64,000 nucleotides of DNA from an uncultured Chloroflexia bacterium (GTDB lineage Bacteria > Chloroflexota > Limnocylindria > Limnocylindrales > CSP1-4): NCBI GenBank assembly GCA_963748625.1, contig CAVVJT010000004.1, forward strand, positions 192,001 to 256,000, given 5' to 3'. Each line of letters starts with the position of its first letter. Within the stretch, counting starts at the first letter, position 1. Below are positions 61,601 through 64,000 of the stretch, piece by piece. A program made the position numbers and the translations under genes. The notes beneath the pieces are model-generated. The model did no database searches and was not told where the DNA came from. It was given only the letters and a program-made list of their open reading frames with translations.

Positions 61601-64000
61601 GGTCCAGTCGGCGGTGCCGCCCGGGACGTCCGTGTAGGAGGCGCCCAGGTCGAGGCCGGCGAGGGTCTCGCCCATGACGCCCGTGCAGGTGCCGGACGCG
61701 CCGTGGGCGCCGCCGTCGTAGGTGCCGGTCCAGCCGGTGATGGTGCAGACCGGGTCGGCCATGCCGACCGTGATGCTGTAGGGCGCCGAGGTCGTGGCGT
61801 TGTAGTTGGCATCGGCGGCCTTGGTGGCGGTGACCGTGCAGGTGCCGGCGCCGACGATCGTCACCTGGGCGCTGCCGCTCGCGGTGCAGACCGCAGGGGT
61901 GCTCGAGGTGAACGTGAGGGCGCCGGTGCCGGAGCCACCCGAGGTGGTCGGGGCGAACGGGGCGTCGCCGTACGTCTTGGTCGCCGGCGCGGTGATCGAC
62001 AGCGCGGCCTGGTCGACCTTGCTGATCGTCAGCAGGGCCGTCGCGGCGGTGTTGAACGTGTAGTGGGTGGCACTGCCGCCCGAGCATGTGATCGTGAGCG
62101 GCGAGCTCGCGACCGGGGTGGCCACGGTGTAGGGGCTGGTGCAGGTCGGGGCCACGTAGCCCGCCGCGTTGCCGGCGTTCTCACCCGAGCGGAACCCGGT
62201 GACCGTGTACGTGTAGGTCGGGACGGCCTGGCCGAACGTGCGGCTCTGGGCGTCTGGGGTGACGGTCAGGACGCCCTTCTGAACCGTGATGCTGACCGGT
62301 GCCGAGGTCGTGCTGTTGTAGTTGGCGTCGGCAGCCCTCGTGGCGGTGACCGTGCAGGTACCGGTGGACGCGGTGATCGTGAGCACGTTGCCGACAACGG
62401 AGCACGCTGTGGAGGCGCCGGTGCTGTAGGTGACGGCACCCGTGCCCGAGCCGCCGGACGTGCCCAGCGTCTGGGTCGATCCGTACCCGGCGGGGCTGCT
62501 GGTGCCGGTCACGACCAGTGCGGCCTGGTTGGCCTTGTTGACCGTGATGCTGTAGGGCGCCGAGGTCGTGGCGTTGTAGTTGGCATCGGCGGCCTTGGTG
62601 GCGGTGACCGTGCAGGTGCCGGCGCCGACGATCGTCACCTGGGCGCTGCCGCTCGCGGTGCAGACCGCAGGGGTGCTCGAGGTGAACGTGAGGGCGCCGG
62701 TGCCGGAGCCACCCGAGGTGGTCGGGGCGAACGGGGCGTCGCCGTACGTCTTGGTCGCCGGCGCGGTGATCGACAGCGCGGCCTGGTTCAGCTTGCTGAC
62801 GGTGATGGTCGGCTGCGGGGCGGGGATGCTGGTCAGCGTCCCGCCGGGGCCCTTCGACTGGGTCGTGAACACGTAGGTGCCCGCGGCCGGCGCGGTGATC
62901 ACGTTGGCGAGCGTGTTGCCCCACCTGACCCGGAAGGTGCTTCCGGCCGCACAGGTGACATCGATCGTGATCGTCCAGGGGCCTGAGCCGCTCACGGCCA
63001 TCTGCGGCGTTCCTGCGGTCGGCAACGCGCATGTCGGGGTGGTCAGGGCCGGGTTCGTCGGATTGATGGCGAGGACGCCGGCGGAGTTGCCGATCGTCGG
63101 GGGCGTCCAGCCGGCCGGGACCACGATCGTGACCTGGGAGCCGACGGGCATGTTCGCCGTGGCCGTGAAGTTGAAGTCGATCAGCTCCAGGGACATGCCC
63201 GGAGTGACGGTCGGATCCGCATAGGAGTAGTTGCCCACGGAATCCCAGTGGACGGCAATGGTGCCTGTGCCATCGGCGCCGGTGACCGTGTGGACGGTCG
63301 TGCCGGAGCTGCCGTTGAATGCCGTGCTGCCGCCGTAGGTGGCGGTGAGGGTCTTCACGCCCGCGGTGGACGGGGTGAGCGAGCAGGTGGCGGTCGCGGT
63401 GCCGCCCGAGCCTGCGAGCGTGCACGGTGCGCTGGTCACGGTGCCGTCGGACACGGTGACCGTGCCGCCCGGCGTCAGGGATCCGCTCGCCGCAGCCACG
63501 CTCACACCGACCGAGACCGCCGCTCCGATGAGGGACGGATCCGGGGTGTCCGTGGTGATCGTGGTCGTGGAGTTCGCCTTGTTGACCGTGTGGGCGGCGG
63601 TGCCGGTGCTGCCGTTGAACGCCGAGTCGCCGCCGTAGGTGGCTGTCAGGGTCTTTGCGCCCGAGGTGGACGGGGTGAGCGAGCACGTCGCGGTCGCTGT
63701 GGCGCCCGAGCCGGAGAGCGTGCACGGCGCGCTGGTCACGGTGCCGTCGGACACGGTGACCGTGCCGCCCGGCGTCGCAGACCCGCTGGCACGCGTGACG
63801 CTGACGCCCACCGAGATCGCGGATCCGGCGACCGACGGATCCGGCGTGTGCGACGTGATCGCCGTGGTGGAGCCGATCTTGATGGCGTTGACGGTGAAGG
63901 TTGACGTCTGCGCGGTGAAGCCGCCGGCACCATTCACCGTCAGGGTCCGCGCGCCTGCAGCAGCGGCTCCGGTGACGGTGACGTCCGCCGTCAGCGTCGA
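58643..64000 (-). CDS. Giant repeat-rich surface protein (Ig-like/MBG-like domains) with a C-terminal TM anchor; 5' end outside the window
   Basis: Open to the window edge; Thr/Gly-rich beta-sandwich repeats with Cys pairs; ends TPPTNT...hydrophobic helix + RARAR. Confidence 0.9.
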   Translation of the reverse strand, partial: STLTADVTVTGAAAAGARTLTVNGAGGFTAQTSTFTVNAIKIGSTTAITSHTPDPSVAGSAISVGVSVTRASGSATPGGTVTVSDGTVTSAPCTLSGSGATATATCSLTPSTSGAKTLTATYGGDSAFNGSTGTAAHTVNKANSTTTITTDTPDPSLIGAAVSVGVSVAAASGSLTPGGTVTVSDGTVTSAPCTLAGSGGTATATCSLTPSTAGVKTLTATYGGSTAFNGSSGTTVHTVTGADGTGTIAVHWDSVGNYSYADPTVTPGMSLELIDFNFTATANMPVGSQVTIVVPAGWTPPTIGNSAGVLAINPTNPALTTPTCALPTAGTPQMAVSGSGPWTITIDVTCAAGSTFRVRWGNTLANVITAPAAGTYVFTTQSKGPGGTLTSIPAPQPTITVSKLNQAALSITAPATKTYGDAPFAPTTSGGSGTGALTFTSSTPAVCTASGSAQVTIVGAGTCTVTATKAADANYNATTSAPYSITVNKANQAALVVTGTSSPAGYGSTQTLGTSGGSGTGAVTYSTGASTACSVVGNVLTITASTGTCTVTATRAADANYNSTTSAPVSITVQKGVLTVTPDAQSRTFGQAVPTYTYTVTGFRSGENAGNAAGYVAPTCTSPYTVATPVASSPLTITCSGGSATHYTFNTAATALLTISKVDQAALSITAPATKTYGDAPFAPTTSGGSGTGALTFTSSTPAVCTASGSAQVTIVGAGTCTVTATKAADANYNATTSAPYSITVGMADPVCTITGWTGTYDGGAHGASGTCTGVMGETLAGLDLGASYTDVPGGTADWTFTDATGNYTDDAGSVDIEIGMADPVCTITGWTGTYDGGAHGASGTCTGVMGETLAGLDLGASYTDVPGGTADWTFTDATGNYTDDAGSVDIEIGMADPVCTITGWTGTYDGGAHGASGTCTGVMGETLAGLDLGASYTDVPGGTADWTFTDATGNYTDDAGSVDIEIGMAASTTTVTCPASVTYTGDPQTPCSASVTGAGGLNQVLPVVGYTGNTAVGTATAFAGFGGDANHYPSGDSTTFEITKADPVCTITGWTGTYDGGAHGASGTCTGVMGETLAGLDLGASYTDVPGGTADWTFTDATGNYTDDAGSVDIEIGMADPVCTITGWTGTYDGGAHGASGTCTGVMGETLAGLDLGASYTDVPGGTADWTFTDATGNYTDDAGSVDIEIGMAASTTTVTCPASVTYTGDPQTPCSASVTGAGGLNQVLPVVGYTGNTAVGTATAFAGFGGDANHYPSGDSTTFEITKADPVCTITGWTGTYDGGAHGASGTCTGVMGETLAGLDLGASYTDVPGGTADWTFTDATGNYTDDAGSVDIEIGMADPVCTITGWTGTYDGGAHGASGTCTGVMGETLAGLDLGASYTDVPGGTADWTFTDATGNYTDDAGSVDIEIGMADQAITFDPIPDAVYGNAVTASATATSGLPVVFSSLTPATCSVSGAAVTILAVGTCTIQAAQAGDGNWNEALAETQSFEVTQADADCTVSGWTGTYDATAHGASGSCTGVMGETLSGLVLGTLFTNVPGGTAAWTFTDGTGNYKDTSGTADIVITKADADCTVNGWSGPYDGSPHGASGSCTGVDGEDPGTLDLGASFTNVPGGTAAWTFTGNGNYRNQSGSVDIVIEKIEQAITFPSLPNITTNTKTVKLAATTDSGLPVTYTSLTPKVCTVSGTTVTIVGTGTCTIEASQQGDATHGPAEPVQQSFTVASGTTPPTNTGGLAGIVGSAMSSPLPLLPALAGVIALAMLLLLLGLRARARGDRTTMS
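59753..61762 (-). repeat. Array of near-identical 222-bp (74 aa) x7 and 228-bp (76 aa) x2 modules (order AAA-B-AA-B-AA)
   Basis: GGCCATGCCGA anchor recurs at 59747, 59969, 60419, 60641, 61091, 61313, 61535 and 61757. Confidence 0.95.

Noticed and set aside
58856-62986. Long antisense or alternate-frame ORFs (e.g. 58856..62986 +, 39106..41547 +, 11548..13461 +, 5608..7263 -)
   Set aside because: Shadow ORFs expected from high GC3 and repeats; they overlap well-supported genes and carry no recognisable motifs

Overview
High-GC bacterial window. The style of ClpX, ValS and the T-box suggests a Chloroflexota (Limnocylindria-like) genome, but that is inference only. Core genes: partial MoxR ATPase, an fhaA-fhaB-rodA-pbpA cluster, T-box-controlled valS, tig-clpP-clpX, tRNA-Leu(TAG), cinA, a Crp/Fnr regulator, Mrp/ApbC, a potADBC-like ABC transporter with a class-III aminotransferase, and hisN. 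The accessory block (~15.5-36.9 kb) holds an Ig-like surface protein, a lipoprotein hydrolase, a hydroxyproline-type catabolic operon and the best candidate for an undescribed system. That candidate is an AraC-linked operon (20.4-29.4 kb) joining two cobalamin-binding proteins, a UroD/MtaA-type methyltransferase and a pterin-binding methyltransferase to a monosaccharide ABC importer and an L-rhamnose mutarotase, consistent with B12-dependent demethylation of O-methylated sugars. Other notable items: a peptidase-S51-like domain fused to a CysRS-type C-terminal domain upstream of valS, a BldC-like protein, two 115-bp REPIN-like elements, a probable CTG start codon, many apparently leaderless genes, two frameshifted genes, and a giant surface protein with DNA-identical 222-bp repeats. 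All calls come from reading motifs by eye; no database searches were run.
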